Shown here piece by piece: positions 12,045 to 23,510 of a stretch of 64,000 bases of DNA. Made by a program: the position numbers and the translations under genes. The stretch comes from Camelus ferus. Its lineage: Eukaryota. Where the stretch lies: assembly GCF_009834535.1 (NCBI RefSeq), contig NC_045707.1, forward strand, positions 46,254,001-46,318,000, read 5' to 3'. The notes beneath the pieces are model-generated. The model searched no databases. It worked only from the letters and a program-made list of their open reading frames with translations, and was not told the DNA's origin. Numbering within the stretch: the stretch's first letter is position 1; each line of letters opens with the position of its first letter.

Positions 12045-12797
12045 TTTTTTTTTTTTTTTTTTGGTACCAGAGGGTCTCTTTGTCCCCCAGTTTTTATTCA
12101 GATATAATTGACATACAACTTTGTATTAGTTTAAGGTATACAACACAAATGATTTGTATATATGGCAAAATGATCAACACAGTAAGTTTAGGTAACATCC
12201 GTCACCTCGTATGGTTATAAATTTGTTTTCTTATGATGAGAACTTTTAAGGTCTACTCTCTTCACAGCTTTCAAATACACAATACAGTGTTGTTAATCAT
12301 AGTCACCAAGCTGTACTTTACATCCCCAGGGCTTATTTGTCTTATAACTTGAAGTTTGTGCCTTTTGACCCCCCTTACCCATGTCACCTCCCTGTTGAGA
12401 TGCCACATTATAAGTGAGATCATATGGTATTTGTTTTTCTCTGTCTGACTAATTTCACTTTGCATAATACCCTCTAGGCCCATCTGTGTTGTTGCAAATG
12501 GCAGGATTTCCTTCTTTCTCACGGCTGCATAATATTTGTGTGTGTGTGTGCGCGCGTACCACATTTCTTTATTCATCCATCAGTGGACACTTAGGTTGTT
12601 TCTGTGTCTTGGCTGTTGTCAGTAAAGTTGTAATGAACGGGGGGGAGGGTGCGGGTATCTCTTCTAGATACTGATTTCATTTTCCTCAGGTATATACCCA
12701 AAAGTGAACTTGCTGGATCATACGGTAGCTCTGTTCTTACTTTTTTGAGGACCCTGCATACTGTTTTCCATAGTGGCTGCACTAATTTACATTCCCA
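12045..12797 (-). mobile_element. L1 (L1MA-type) 3' fragment in the TMCC3 last intron
   Basis: Poly-T at 12040-12062. The - strand gives ORF2-end peptides [13 protein letters not shown]...[14 protein letters not shown] and KEILPFATTQMGLEGIMQSEISQ. Degenerate TSD ttgggtgccttttt / ttgatcgccttttt. Confidence 0.88.
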
Positions 12798-13509
12798 TTG
12801 ATCGCCTTTTTAAAAAAAAAAACAAAAAACAAAAAGAGAGTACTCTTGAAGTGTTGCTCAGCTTCAGTTTTACAAATTTTCCTTGTAGACAGTAGTTATT
12901 TTCCCCAGCCCCACTTTACGGTGGGGAGGTTTCTCCCACAGCGTGTGAGCCGCAGTTTCAGCTGCCTGCGTTTCATTCCCCTCTGTGTCGTGGGCTGAGC
13001 TGTGCTGATCGCAGATGTCTACTTGGACAATTCTGGGAGCCAAAGCATCAGACACGTTTGCCTCTGAGGATGGTGGTATGGAGGACACTCGGGGGATTTC
13101 TGCCTCTGCTCGGGGTTGAGAGACTTAACTTCACTGCTAACTGGTTCAAAAAAATGTGGACTGATTTAACTATGAAGTGTCACCAGGTGAACAGTGCAGT
13201 CAGTTTTATTAGAGCTTCTGTTTTAGAACATGTCTGGGATGCCACTCAATCATTTCTAAATTGTGGTTTTCTTATTTAGGGGATTGTTTGTGTTAATATT
13301 GTTATTCCTTTTTTTTTTTTTTTTAAAGAAACATACTTTAGAGATGGAGGGGTAAGATACAGGGAGAGACTTCACAGAGGGAGCTTAAAAATTCCGAAGA
13401 ATTCATTTCAACATTTTCTGGTTCATCTCTAGCTCAGAAGTGCCAAGAGGACATCCTTGTGAGTGACTCGAGGGCCTTTCCTGTTAGGATAGTTAGAAGA
13501 TAGTTATGC

Positions 13510-13665
13510 TCTTACTGTGACCCTGCACATCTTTGCCTGGTGCCTCAGTTTCCTCATCTATAAAATGGAAATATTAATGAGCTCTACCTCAAAAGGCTGT
13601 CAAGAGGATTAAATGGGATAAGATATGAAAGTATTTAAATCTTTACCTGACACATAATAAGCAGA
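13510..13665 (+). mobile_element. MIR SINE
   Basis: gtgcctcagtttcctcatctataaaatggaaatattaatgagctctacctc...gaggattaaatgggataa. Confidence 0.8.
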
Positions 13666-14689
13666 CAAGAGATAAACGCTGGACAACTTTATATTTATTA
13701 TGTGGGCATAGTCGTATTTCTCAGGGCTTCTTTTGTTCTCACAGGCGGGGTTAATCAGGGTGAGGAGAGTCCTTGCCAATATGGCTGCAAGGGTTTTGTT
13801 GCTTTAATAAACAAAAGAGTATTTTAACTGTAAATTCCCAATTAAAAGAGTCTGAAGATAATCCTGTCCTCTGTCCTTATCCCCAATAAGTTAAATACTG
13901 GACTCAAGGAAATGCTAAAGATTGTGGGCCTGAGTGTCTCTTAGTAGGTGTTGTGACAAAAATTCCTTACAATTTACTGCTTAATTTTCTTGGAGTTTTC
14001 TTTTGGTAAAAAAATTTGACAGCAGTTCTAAGGCAATCCTAGGATTAGTCTATTTATATATCTAATACATATATACCATCTATCCAATCACAGATGAATG
14101 AATTTGCCTAAAATGTTCATCTTCTGTCCCGTTCTGTTGCCTTTTCCATGCCATGCCTAAAATGGAGGGAAGCTTGGGCCCAAGAGTTTGAAAAGAATGC
14201 ATGGTATTGGGGGCACTTGCCTGCTTTGTAGAAAGCCAGTGCTTTTTAGAATGTGAAGATCTGAAGAAGTGTTAACTTTTTTGTTGATAGCCCGTGTAAT
14301 GGAAGTCACTATAGTAACAGAGAACCCTGTTCTTTGGCCCAGAGAGTATGTTCAGCCGGAGAAAAGCAAATCAAAGTTGGATCCACCGTGCTTGGTTTTC
14401 TGAAAAGATGACTGTAGTTCAGTTGAGCGCACATGTATCGGTAAATGAGTTAGAAAATAGGCTAGTGAGTTAAAAGCAGCTCTCCTTAGGTCCTTTTCTC
14501 CCGAGACGGGTGAGGTGGTTCTCTCTCAAGCCTCCTATCCCATTATTGGCATCCAGTCTCCAGAGCACTCAGCCAGCACGCACCTGCTCCAGCCTGCCCT
14601 TGACTCTGCCCTGGGGGTAGCATCACGATGGTCCTGGTGACCGTCCTCCTGCAGGTGTGGTGTCTTGGTTAGGGAGTACGGCTTGGGGG

Positions 14690-15560
14690 TAGCTTGACAC
14701 AGCCTGGTGGGGCCAGGAAGGCTCCTCTCAGGATGTGATCATCGATGTGGGTCCTGAAAGATGAACGGGAGACCCACAGCTGAAGGGGGTGGTGCGTGGG
14801 GAGGCAGACCTTTTAGGCACAGCATACTGCTTGTGCAAAGGCCCTGAACATGCTCCTTTTCAGAACTTTGAAAAACCAGTGTGGCCAGAGCACAGTGAGG
14901 GGAGGCAGGGGGCTGCTATTAAGTGAGACAGGAGAGAGTGGTGTGGTCTGGGCCGTGTTACAGATTTAAAAGATTTTACAGAAAGGAGGGATGTGAGATA
15001 TTCATCTTTTGAAGAGCACTTGGGCTGCTGTATGGAGAGTAGATTCATGAGGTTGAAGGCAAAGAGCGTGTTAGTTGGAGAAATGAGTGTAAAGTCATTA
15101 CAGGCAGAGGTCCTGGTGACTTAGCTGGGGAGGGGGGTGACTGTGGGAGGGGAGAGAAATGGACCAGTTAAGATAAATACTTGATGTTGCATTGATGGGG
15201 CCAGGTGTTGAATTAGATGAGAGAGTGTCAGGGAATGCCTCTCACACTTCACATCTGAGGAACTTGATGAATCAGGTGCCATTTTCTGAGAAAAGAAACT
15301 GGAAGGGAAACAGCGTTGATGGCAGGTGTGGGGAAGGTGCAGGCACGAATCCACAACCAGACATGTTGCATTTGAAATGCTTTTAAGAAGCTCAAATGGA
15401 GATGTCAAGGATGCATATAGATACGAGTCAATCTCAAAAGAGACAGCTGGGCTGGAGATATGCTTGGAGTCACCTGTGTCTAGTAATCAAAGCCCCGGAA
15501 AGAGCAAGATCTAGGGAACACACGTAGCCTCACACAGTGTCCTGGGAACACAGCGTTCAA
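14690..15560 (-). mobile_element. L2 fragment
   Basis: gcaaaggccctga...ttttgaagagcacttgggctgctgtatggagagtagatt...ggtgccattttctgag...gacatgttgcatttgaaatgc. Confidence 0.7.
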
Positions 15561-16047
15561 AGAGCAGGCCTAAGCAGAGTGGCCCCAAGGGCAACCTGTC
15601 CCCGTCCCTCCACTGGTCTGTAATGGACGCACATGGACTCTGAGCAGTGGGAGTAAGAACTAGCGATTGAAGATGTCACCTACTCCATGGCTGGAGGTAG
15701 ACAACTGTCACAAAACGAAGCCCCACCCCTCCTCTGATTTGTCCCTGATGGTACCACCAGATGCCAATATTCTATGCATGTTAAGTGTAGGTGGAGTCAA
15801 AATACTTAACCATGACTCCTCATTCAGGGCATTTATGGCTGTATATCCATGCTCATTCTGTCCATGAGTAACAGGATAACGTGAGCCTGGGGATTCTTGT
15901 TGTGCTTCTCTGTCTGTCATCACCGCCGTCATCATCGTCAGTTCGGCTGTTTGGAGCTGCCTGGGCAGCAGGCGTCAGGAGCCCGGGGCTCCTGTGGTGC
16001 CCGTGATCTCAGCAGCGTTTGATCCTCGCTCTCCCTCTCACCCACAG

Positions 16048-16350
16048 GAAGCCTTGGAGTCCTGCCAGACTCGCATTTCTAAGCTGGAGCTCCACCAGCA
16101 AGAGCAGCAGGCCCTGCAGACCGACACGGTGAACGCCAAGGTCCTCCTGGGGAAGTGCATCAACGTGATCCTGGCCTTCATGACCGTCATCTTGGTGTGC
16201 GTGTCCACCATCGCCAAGTTCATCTCGCCCATGATGAAGAGCCGCTTCCACATTCTTGGCACCTTCTTTGCTGTGACTCTCCTTGCAATATTTTGTAAAA
16301 ACTGGGACCAAATTCTGTGCGCCATAGAAAGGATCATAATACCGAGATGA
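16048..16350 (+). CDS. TMCC3: TMCC3 last coding exon, two C-terminal transmembrane segments and stop
   Basis: Acceptor ctccctctcacccacag|GAA. Translation EALESCQTRISKLE...INVILAFMTVILVCVSTIAKF...ILGTFFAVTLLAIFCKNWDQILCAIERIIIPR, ending in TGA at 16348-16350. Confidence 0.97.
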   Translation, partial: EALESCQTRISKLELHQQEQQALQTDTVNAKVLLGKCINVILAFMTVILVCVSTIAKFISPMMKSRFHILGTFFAVTLLAIFCKNWDQILCAIERIIIPR

Positions 16351-19300
16351 GGCCGCTGGTTTCTGTCCTCACCTTCTTTCAAGTTTTTATTTTAAAGAAA
16401 CTGTGCATACTACCAAATTTTAAAACGAACAGTGGTGCCGGCGGAAGATGACGAGGACCAGGGCTGTGCATTGTAAATAGCGACAGTTCTCTTACCCGGG
16501 TGGCCATTGCCAGCTCGGTCCCTGTTGGTTAACATGAATCTCTTTCCAGGCTCTCCCCACGTTGCTCACTGCCTTAATGAGACCAGATTCCCTGCCCACC
16601 TGACCAGCCCAGCATGGTCAACCTCTGGTTATTGAGCACTTGGCATAATTAATGACCCAGAAGAAAAAGGATTTTAAATCTCACTCTCTCGTAAACCTCT
16701 TTCAAAATTGAGCATCACTGTTGCTGGTGGTTGCATCTTCCCCGAGAAAGCAGCGAGAATGTGGCCTGACTTGGGGAAGGGATGCTGCTCAGGCGTTGGC
16801 CATGTGAACACTTGGAGCCAATGCAAGTACAGTAAATCCCGTGTAATCCATCCCTCTGTCCACTGATGATCGTAGGCCCCATGTGTGCCCAGTATCCACA
16901 GTGGTCAACTGTGTGTGATGCTCCATGACATAGAAATCTTGTAACCCACCTGTTTGTCCATCTGAAGTCTAGCTTAAGTGTTCAGGTTGCTCTTTAAATG
17001 ATAAGATGCAAGGATTTATGAACGGACCTTTGCCACCTTCTGCCCGGGGAGCTGCTCACCTACTTGATTTCCCCGTAATTGGCTATCAGATGCCTCACCT
17101 TCAAGGCATATAGGAATGCATCCAAATCCCTCTTCGTACTGTGGGTGTAACACTGATTTAGAGTCCAGTAAGCACTACTCCAGAGGTCTGTGTTTCGGCA
17201 AATCTTTATTGTGTTAAACCCCCTCTGAGGACATGACTCACTTCCTGTGACTCACCTTACTCACAGGTCTGGGAGGGAGCACAGCGCTTACTCAGTGAAA
17301 ACAAATGATGCTCATGGTGCAGGGGGTTCTCCTCTTGCTGTCAAGAAGAACAACAGGATCATAGCTTATAAAACTAAAGTGCCCTGAGGTCGGAACACTG
17401 CAAAAGGGGAAGAAAATAGGACGTTAGCTTGATCAGTGGGCGCAGTTCGCCTGGTTGAACCTTGAGCGGATCATCTTTGGATCCTGAAAGACCAGTAGGA
17501 ATAGAGTAAATTAGATCCAGTGTCTGAGCCAAGGTTGCCCATCTGTCTCTTAGGATCTTGCTGAAAATAAGTTGCAAGGTAGTGGAGTGACCACGCTTCC
17601 ATTGAGGTGAAAGCATTCAGAAGTCATTTTTGGCCTCTTTGAGGGATGCTGTTCACTATCTTGAGCCCAGAGAATGTTTTCCATTACATCTGTTTCTCTG
17701 TACAACAAAAAGGAAGACCTAGAAGATTTTAATGAAAACTGTTGTTCAGCCCCTTCTCCCACCAACTGTTTTGTTATGTGAAGACGCAAAGATGCATGTT
17801 AGTGTACATTTCCTTCCAGAAAACATCAAAACACCTGGATTTAATTTAAGTGCAATATTTTGCAAACAGCTGCTCTTAGGGAAATCTCCTGAAAAAATGT
17901 GACAGTGTGCCGTCGTTTGAGGGGTTGAAATAGTCGACGCTTGGTACAGGTCCAGTGTGGGTGAGGCTCATAGAGCTCAAGCTTGCTTTCTTTTTCTTTT
18001 TTTCAAGTTTACAATCCACTGATTAAAACCAATTCACACTTATGCAACTATCACCAGTATCTAATTCCAGACTCAAGCTTTTTAAAACAATAAACATCAT
18101 TTCACAAAACCTTTGGCTATAAAGTATCTTGGATTCAGGGAAGAGGGAGTTACAGTCCCACCCCGTCTCATGGCTGTGTCCCCTTTTGCTGCCAGACTCT
18201 CCCCTGGTCTCCCAAGTTGGCTTTGAATACGCTGTGGTCCATCCAATCCAGGGGAGAGAAGCAGGTCCTAGATCCAGGGAGGGGTGGGAGGGGGGATGCT
18301 GTGCCTTTCTGTGGTAGTGGCCAGCGTTCCCGGTTGTCTGTGGGCATCAGTCTCTGCGTGGGCTGAGGGCTGGGTCCTGAATGGGCTCCTCTTGATTTCT
18401 GTGAACCTTTCTGAGGCACTTCGGACGTGCCAGGGGTTAGGGTGGGTGTCGATGCTGCTGTTAGTTTAGAGAGGATGAGTGAGATCCCTGGCCCTCGCGG
18501 TAAGGGCTCTGGGAGGATCCAGGAAGGCTTGGTTCCTCCTCACACCCCGCGCTCCACTCATCACTCAGCCTAGCAAGTTTGTTTTGACACCTCCCAGACC
18601 TGCGATCACTCTGTCTCCTCCCTGGGGAGAGAAGTGGGGAAGGAAACAGAAAGCAACACGAATCACCCCCTCCAGCCTGGCACCGTTAACAGAAGCTACT
18701 CGAAACTGCCTCTCTTCTGAAATACCGTAGGGTCTAAATCATCCCACCTGATCATGAATCTTTTTTTAAAGAATTCATATTTCTGGTGATTCTCATTAGA
18801 TGTCAGAAATCTGGCTTTCACTTGAATATGCTCAACTTACACAGCATATTTACTTTAGAGTCTCGTTGAAATTTCATGAAGCTTTTTAGTAAGAGGATAT
18901 ACTCCAAGGAGACTTTTTACTCTTTGCAGTATATTATTCTCTTCTTAAGGAATAAACTCTCCCCCTGCTTCCTTTTGTCACTGCCTAAGGGGATTAGATA
19001 AAATGTTATATATATACAATTAAAAATAGTGATCTAGCTACGACGTATCCTGAAATTGGCTATTCATTTTACATTTATGTTAATGACTCTTTTCCCCCGC
19101 CTTTCATTGGCAGTCGGCATCTTGTGCAGACCTTCAGATGAAAGCAAGCACCTGCTCCCTCAGTGAACTTACTAAGGGATCGAAGATGCTGGACATTGGA
19201 TTCTAGCACTGGGTTTTTTGGTGATATATTATTTTCATGATCACCAGGATAATGATAGTCTGCTGAGGACAAAATGAAAACCTATAAATACTCTCTTGTG

Positions 19301-20540
19301 GGTTCTGAATTGGTTATTCCAATATTTGCGGTATGATTAAGCCAGAGCAAAACATCCCCCACCCCCATCCCCTACTGCCAAAAAAAAGTAAACCCACGAT
19401 GAGGCAGCAAATAAAAGTATTCCACTGCTGATTTTGGACAGTGAAAGTAGGATTAGTCCCAAGTTTCTGGCATGCACACTTAGTTGTTTTGCTTACATGG
19501 TTGCTGTGATCTGTTGGTGAACTGAAATCTTCTGAAACTCTTCCCTTTTCATCCCAGCCCTTGAAGCTGTTGTCCCTCTCAGTGAGGCAGCGTCCGTGCA
19601 GTTTTAGCCCTGCTCCTGCTTCGTCACTCGTGTTTCCATTTAAATATTTCCCTACTATGTGTGTTCCCTGCCCTGTCATTTTTCTAGCATGTCAGGTTTA
19701 ATTGTGGGTTCAATCATAGTGAGGGGAACTAGCTTCCCTCCAGCAACTAATTACTTTAGGTCTTTTTTCTTTGGACTTTACCAAATTATTTTGCATCAAA
19801 TGGGAACATTTTTGCATTGAATCCAAATATAGTTGTATTGGTTTGGAAAAAAATTTAAATATGCTTATTAATATGAACATGTGTGATTAAACAACCTAGT
19901 TTGCATCTTTCTTTAGTTTCAGGGAACGAGGGGGTAGGATTAAATGGCATTATTTGAAATTCAGGGCTTTATCTGGAGAGAAGTGTTTCAAGAAGCTTAG
20001 TACATGTGCTAAGAGTAGGAAGTTGGTCTAAAAAGATAAATCACCAAAAAGAATGATACTGGCCTATTTATATTAAAAGTAGTTAAGAAGCTTTAAAAAA
20101 AAAAAAATACATTTAACAAGAACGTTAACCCAGAAGATATAAAGCAAAACTAACCTATGATTTTCTAAAGTCAGTACAATTCTCTTTATAAGAAGCTGGA
20201 CAGTAATGTACTTTGATTGTTTCAGGAATGATTTGTGTGTTGCCATTTTGATTTATTTAAAGCATGTCTGCTGTGTTTGTCCTTAGAGAAATCTTTCAAC
20301 AAAACGTGCTCTCTGTTTACCACACATATACGCAGTAGTTAGCAGCTATGAAAGTAGAAACTGGAAATGTTTATTGTGAGAATTTCTGTTTTGTGAGATA
20401 TTATAGTTTCATGTCAGCCTAAAATTGTAAATTCTATGTAGATCTTCACCCCCATTCAAAGCAGGTGCCATTATTTTTTAAATTAACCCTTAATGTGAGC
20501 TTTGATGTTAAATAAAGAGCTAGATTTCTTAAATTTTCAC
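16351..20540 (+). other. TMCC3: TMCC3 3' UTR (~4.2 kb, end approximate)
   Basis: Repeat-poor, AU-rich sequence running from the stop codon to AATAAA at 20511; interspersed repeats start abruptly after ~20600. Confidence 0.75.
20511..20516 (+). terminator. Probable distal poly(A) signal of TMCC3
   Basis: AATAAA with upstream U-rich/UGUA context and downstream U/GU-rich sequence (ttgtttgtgtgtgt at ~20570). Other AATAAA hexamers at 18089, 18951 and 19410 are possible proximal sites. Confidence 0.75.
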
Positions 20541-20599
20541 ATTTGTCAGATGCCATCTCAGTAGCTGACTTGTTTGTGTGTGTGTGTGTGTGTGTAATC

Positions 20600-21600
20600 A
20601 ATTTTTTAAATGGACTTTTAGAGCAGTTTTAGGTTCACAGAAAACTTTATTGGAAGGTAGAGGGATTTCCCATACACTTTCTGTTCCCATGTTGCCGGTA
20701 GGTGTAACCGGTGTTACAGGTTCTTGTCCCATCCCAGAAAGAATTCAGAGACAAGACACAGTGGTTAAAAAAAGTAACTTGAGATTCATTGAGATGGTAC
20801 ACTCTCAAGGGGAGAGCAGGCAGGCTCAGGTGAGTGGCTGCCAGAGTGTTTTTGGCAAGTTGGTTACATAGGGTGTAAAAATGAATGCGCGGAATATTCT
20901 TTAGGGAGGGAAACGTCTGGGGTTGCATTCCCTGATTTTCATTCCAACTCCACCTTCCCAAAGGGAGGAGGGATTTTTGTCCTTATTTAGTCTGGATCGG
21001 AAGTGTCATGGCGTCAGTGCATGATGGGTACTTCTAATCTGCAAGGCTAATTTTATTGTAATGAGGGCATAATGAGCAGAAGGTGACATTTGGACACTGG
21101 AGGTTCCTGCCTTTTCTCACCTTTCTTTGTTGGCCTCTGGGCCTCTTATCACCCCCAAAGTTGTGGCCACCTATCAGCCCAGAGGTTCCTGCTTTTCTTT
21201 CTCTGCTCAGGGACCCCTGGTGCTTACACAATGCATGGTTTCTTGCATTCGGCCTGTGGCCCTCCTTTTTGCACAATTTCTGCCACTTGGTTTGTGTTCC
21301 CCTTTCTCTGCTTATATCCACACATGCTCTAACATCTACATATGCACAGCCTCCTCTGCTGTCAACATCCCCCACCAGAGGGTACATCTGTGACAAGTGA
21401 GGAACCTACATTGACATGGCATTATCACCCTAAGCCCACAGTTGACATTAGGGTCCACCATTGCTTTACATTCTGTGGCTTTGGACAAGTGTATAATGAC
21501 ATGTATCCACCTTTATAGTGTCATACGGAATCGTTTCACTGCCCTAAAATCCCACTTGCTATTCATCCCTCCCTCTCCCGCACTTCCCCCACCTGCCGCC
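20600..21600 (-). mobile_element. Old L1 (L1MB/L1MC-type) 3' end hosting the LTR
   Basis: tttagagcagttttaggttcacag...cccatac resumes after the LTR as atgcacagcctcc...caacatcccccaccagag...gtttcactgccctaaaatcc. Confidence 0.8.
20690..21334 (-). mobile_element. ERV1 solo LTR, MER41-like, ~645 bp
   Basis: TGTT...AACA termini. The + strand start (ggttcttg...agaaagaattcag...cacagtg...ttcatt) resembles the reverse complement of the MER41-type U5/R end. It interrupts an L1 3' end, with a degenerate 4-bp TSD ccca/tcta. Confidence 0.75.
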
Positions 21601-22734
21601 TGATCAGTTTTTAAACTAATATCAAGTCTGTTCTGTAGAAAGTTGTCAGTGTGCCTATTCCTTGAGCCCTGGTGGGGAGGGGGAAGGATGGTTTGTCACG
21701 GTACCTGGAATTCTAGGAGGTGTGTCCTGGAGTTGTAGGAAGACCTGGTAGGATGCTGAGGACAAGGCAGAAGCCATCATGAACCGGAGTGAAGAAGACA
21801 AGGTGGACAACAGCAGGACAGGTGTGGGCGCAGGAGTGAGCGGACCCTCTGACAGAAGCAGCCTGTTGAGCAGAGTTTCTCTTGTATGTGGTACTTCGGT
21901 GCTCACAGAGCACTGTTTTCCTAGTGCGGTAACTCATCTGAGCCAGTTCTGTGCTGTAGGCATCGTTATCCTTGTTGTATGGATGGAATTGAAGTCCAGA
22001 CACGTGCTCTTTTCCCAAGGTCACAGCTGGGGAAGGAGGGAGCCAGGGCTCTCTTTGCCATTGCCTTATCCTGCCTTTTTACCTGCTTCCACTCAGCTTG
22101 GTGTCCTGAGCACTCTTCTCTGGTCTTTCAGCTCCCACCCATGCTGTACAAACAAAATCACTAGAGCGCTTAGATGACAGACACATTCGTAAGTACATCA
22201 ACTCATTCCCTGCCCTGGCTATTTGCATATTTGAATCTTTGGAAATATTATGGGACCCTCTGGTTCTTTTGCACACCCACTATTATTTGATGTCTGAATA
22301 TGTGATTCAATGGAAGTGACCGCATTAAAAGTGTAACCAGCCCAGCATATTCCCAAGTGTTGCTTTAGGTAAAACACCAAGTCTGTATTTCCTTAAAAAA
22401 GAGATGGAGAGGAGTTTGATAAGTTGGATTCTAGCTATTAATGAAAGATATTACTACAGAATAAAGCAGTGCTTTCTGATCTTTAGTAACATGCAGGCTT
22501 GTGGACACCTGAGAATATCCATAGTCACCACTTGACCAAGTGAATTAAAACCTTAATAGCAGCTCATAATAATGGCTTTTTAAAATTTGCAATCATGAGA
22601 TTGCAGGTTTTCTGCAGCCCTGTGTACAGAGTTACTTTCTGATAATTATGACCATGAGATGTAGAAATTTATAGGACACGGAAGGACCGTGGCAATGCTA
22701 AACTGCACCTGCTGGGCTTTGATAGATGTGGGAT

Positions 22735-23510
22735 GACAGCTCACATTCTTTGAGCATTTGCTCTGTACAGTGCTTTGGGCGAAATGCTTTGCATTCACTA
22801 TCAAACGTAATTGTTTCCCTGCCATCTTGACTCTTTCTCGCTGACTGAAACTCAGCCAGTAGATCCTCATAGAGGACTTCCTGGCAGTTAAGTTGGGAAA
22901 TACAAGTGGGCATGTAAGAACAAGATCCAAATCTACAGGAAGAAAAGATGATGGAGAGTCTTCCCAGCCGGATGGACTTCTGGTTGCTCAGCAGCCCAGG
23001 GATAAACAACCTCAACTAGAGCAACCACCAACTGAGAGTCAAGATATTGTACCTGCTTAGGACATTGAAGGTGAAGGAGCACCTGTAGCTCAAGGGCCTG
23101 ATATGGAAGCTGATCAACAGAAACTGGCTCTGCTGGAGGCAGTAGATGAGCCTGGAGATGGTCCTGATATCAAGGAGGAGATCCTAGCAAGTTTAGAGCC
23201 CATTAAAATACCAGAAGCAGGTGGAGAAAAATCACAGGTTTAAACCAACTGAAACTAAGCATGCTGTCCTTATGTTGGAAATTTGACTGTTAACCGTCTC
23301 TCAAGAAAGTTTTACAACTTTCTTCAAGAAAAAAAAAACCCCATAATTATTACAACACCCAGTAAGATAGGCACTGTTATCGCTGCTTAACAGATGAGGA
23401 AACTGAGGTTCAGAGTGGCTAAATGACTAGCAGCATCCTGCAGCAGGTAATGGTGGAGCTGCTTATTTAGCCCCAAGCTTGTGCAGACTCTGGAGCTCAC
23501 ACTGTAACCA
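22735..23510 (-). mobile_element. MIR SINE split by the PAGE retrocopy (pieces ~22735-22802 and ~23349-23510)
   Basis: The left piece (ttgagcatttgctctgtacag...gctttgcattcactatc) continues after the A-tail as ttacaacaccc...cagatgaggaaactgaggttcagag, the MIR core. Confidence 0.8.
22813..23338 (+). pseudogene. Processed pseudogene of a PAGE/GAGE-family (PAGE2/3/5-like) cancer-testis gene
   Basis: 22902-23243 translates without frameshift as TSGHVRTRSKSTGRKDDGESSQPDGLLVAQQPRDKQPQLEQPPTESQDIVPA*DIEGEGAPVAQGPDMEADQQKLALLEAVDEPGDGPDIKEEILASLEPIKIPEAGGEKSQV*, with GAGE-domain motifs (EPPTESQD-like, EGAP, QGPD.EA, GDGPD, PEAG). It is intronless, the start codon is ACA, there is a TAG at 23058, the poly(A) signal has decayed to AAGAAA (23303), and an A-tail lies at 23329-23338. 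Confidence 0.92.

Noticed and set aside
16380..16500. Possible microRNA hairpin just after the TMCC3 stop (I recall a poorly supported human miRNA annotation in this UTR)
   Set aside because: No convincing hairpin by eye, and the recollection cannot be verified here.
21372..21385. CTCF-like CCACCAGAGGGTAC
   Set aside because: It lies in an L1 3' end and has T at the near-invariant C of the GGC core.
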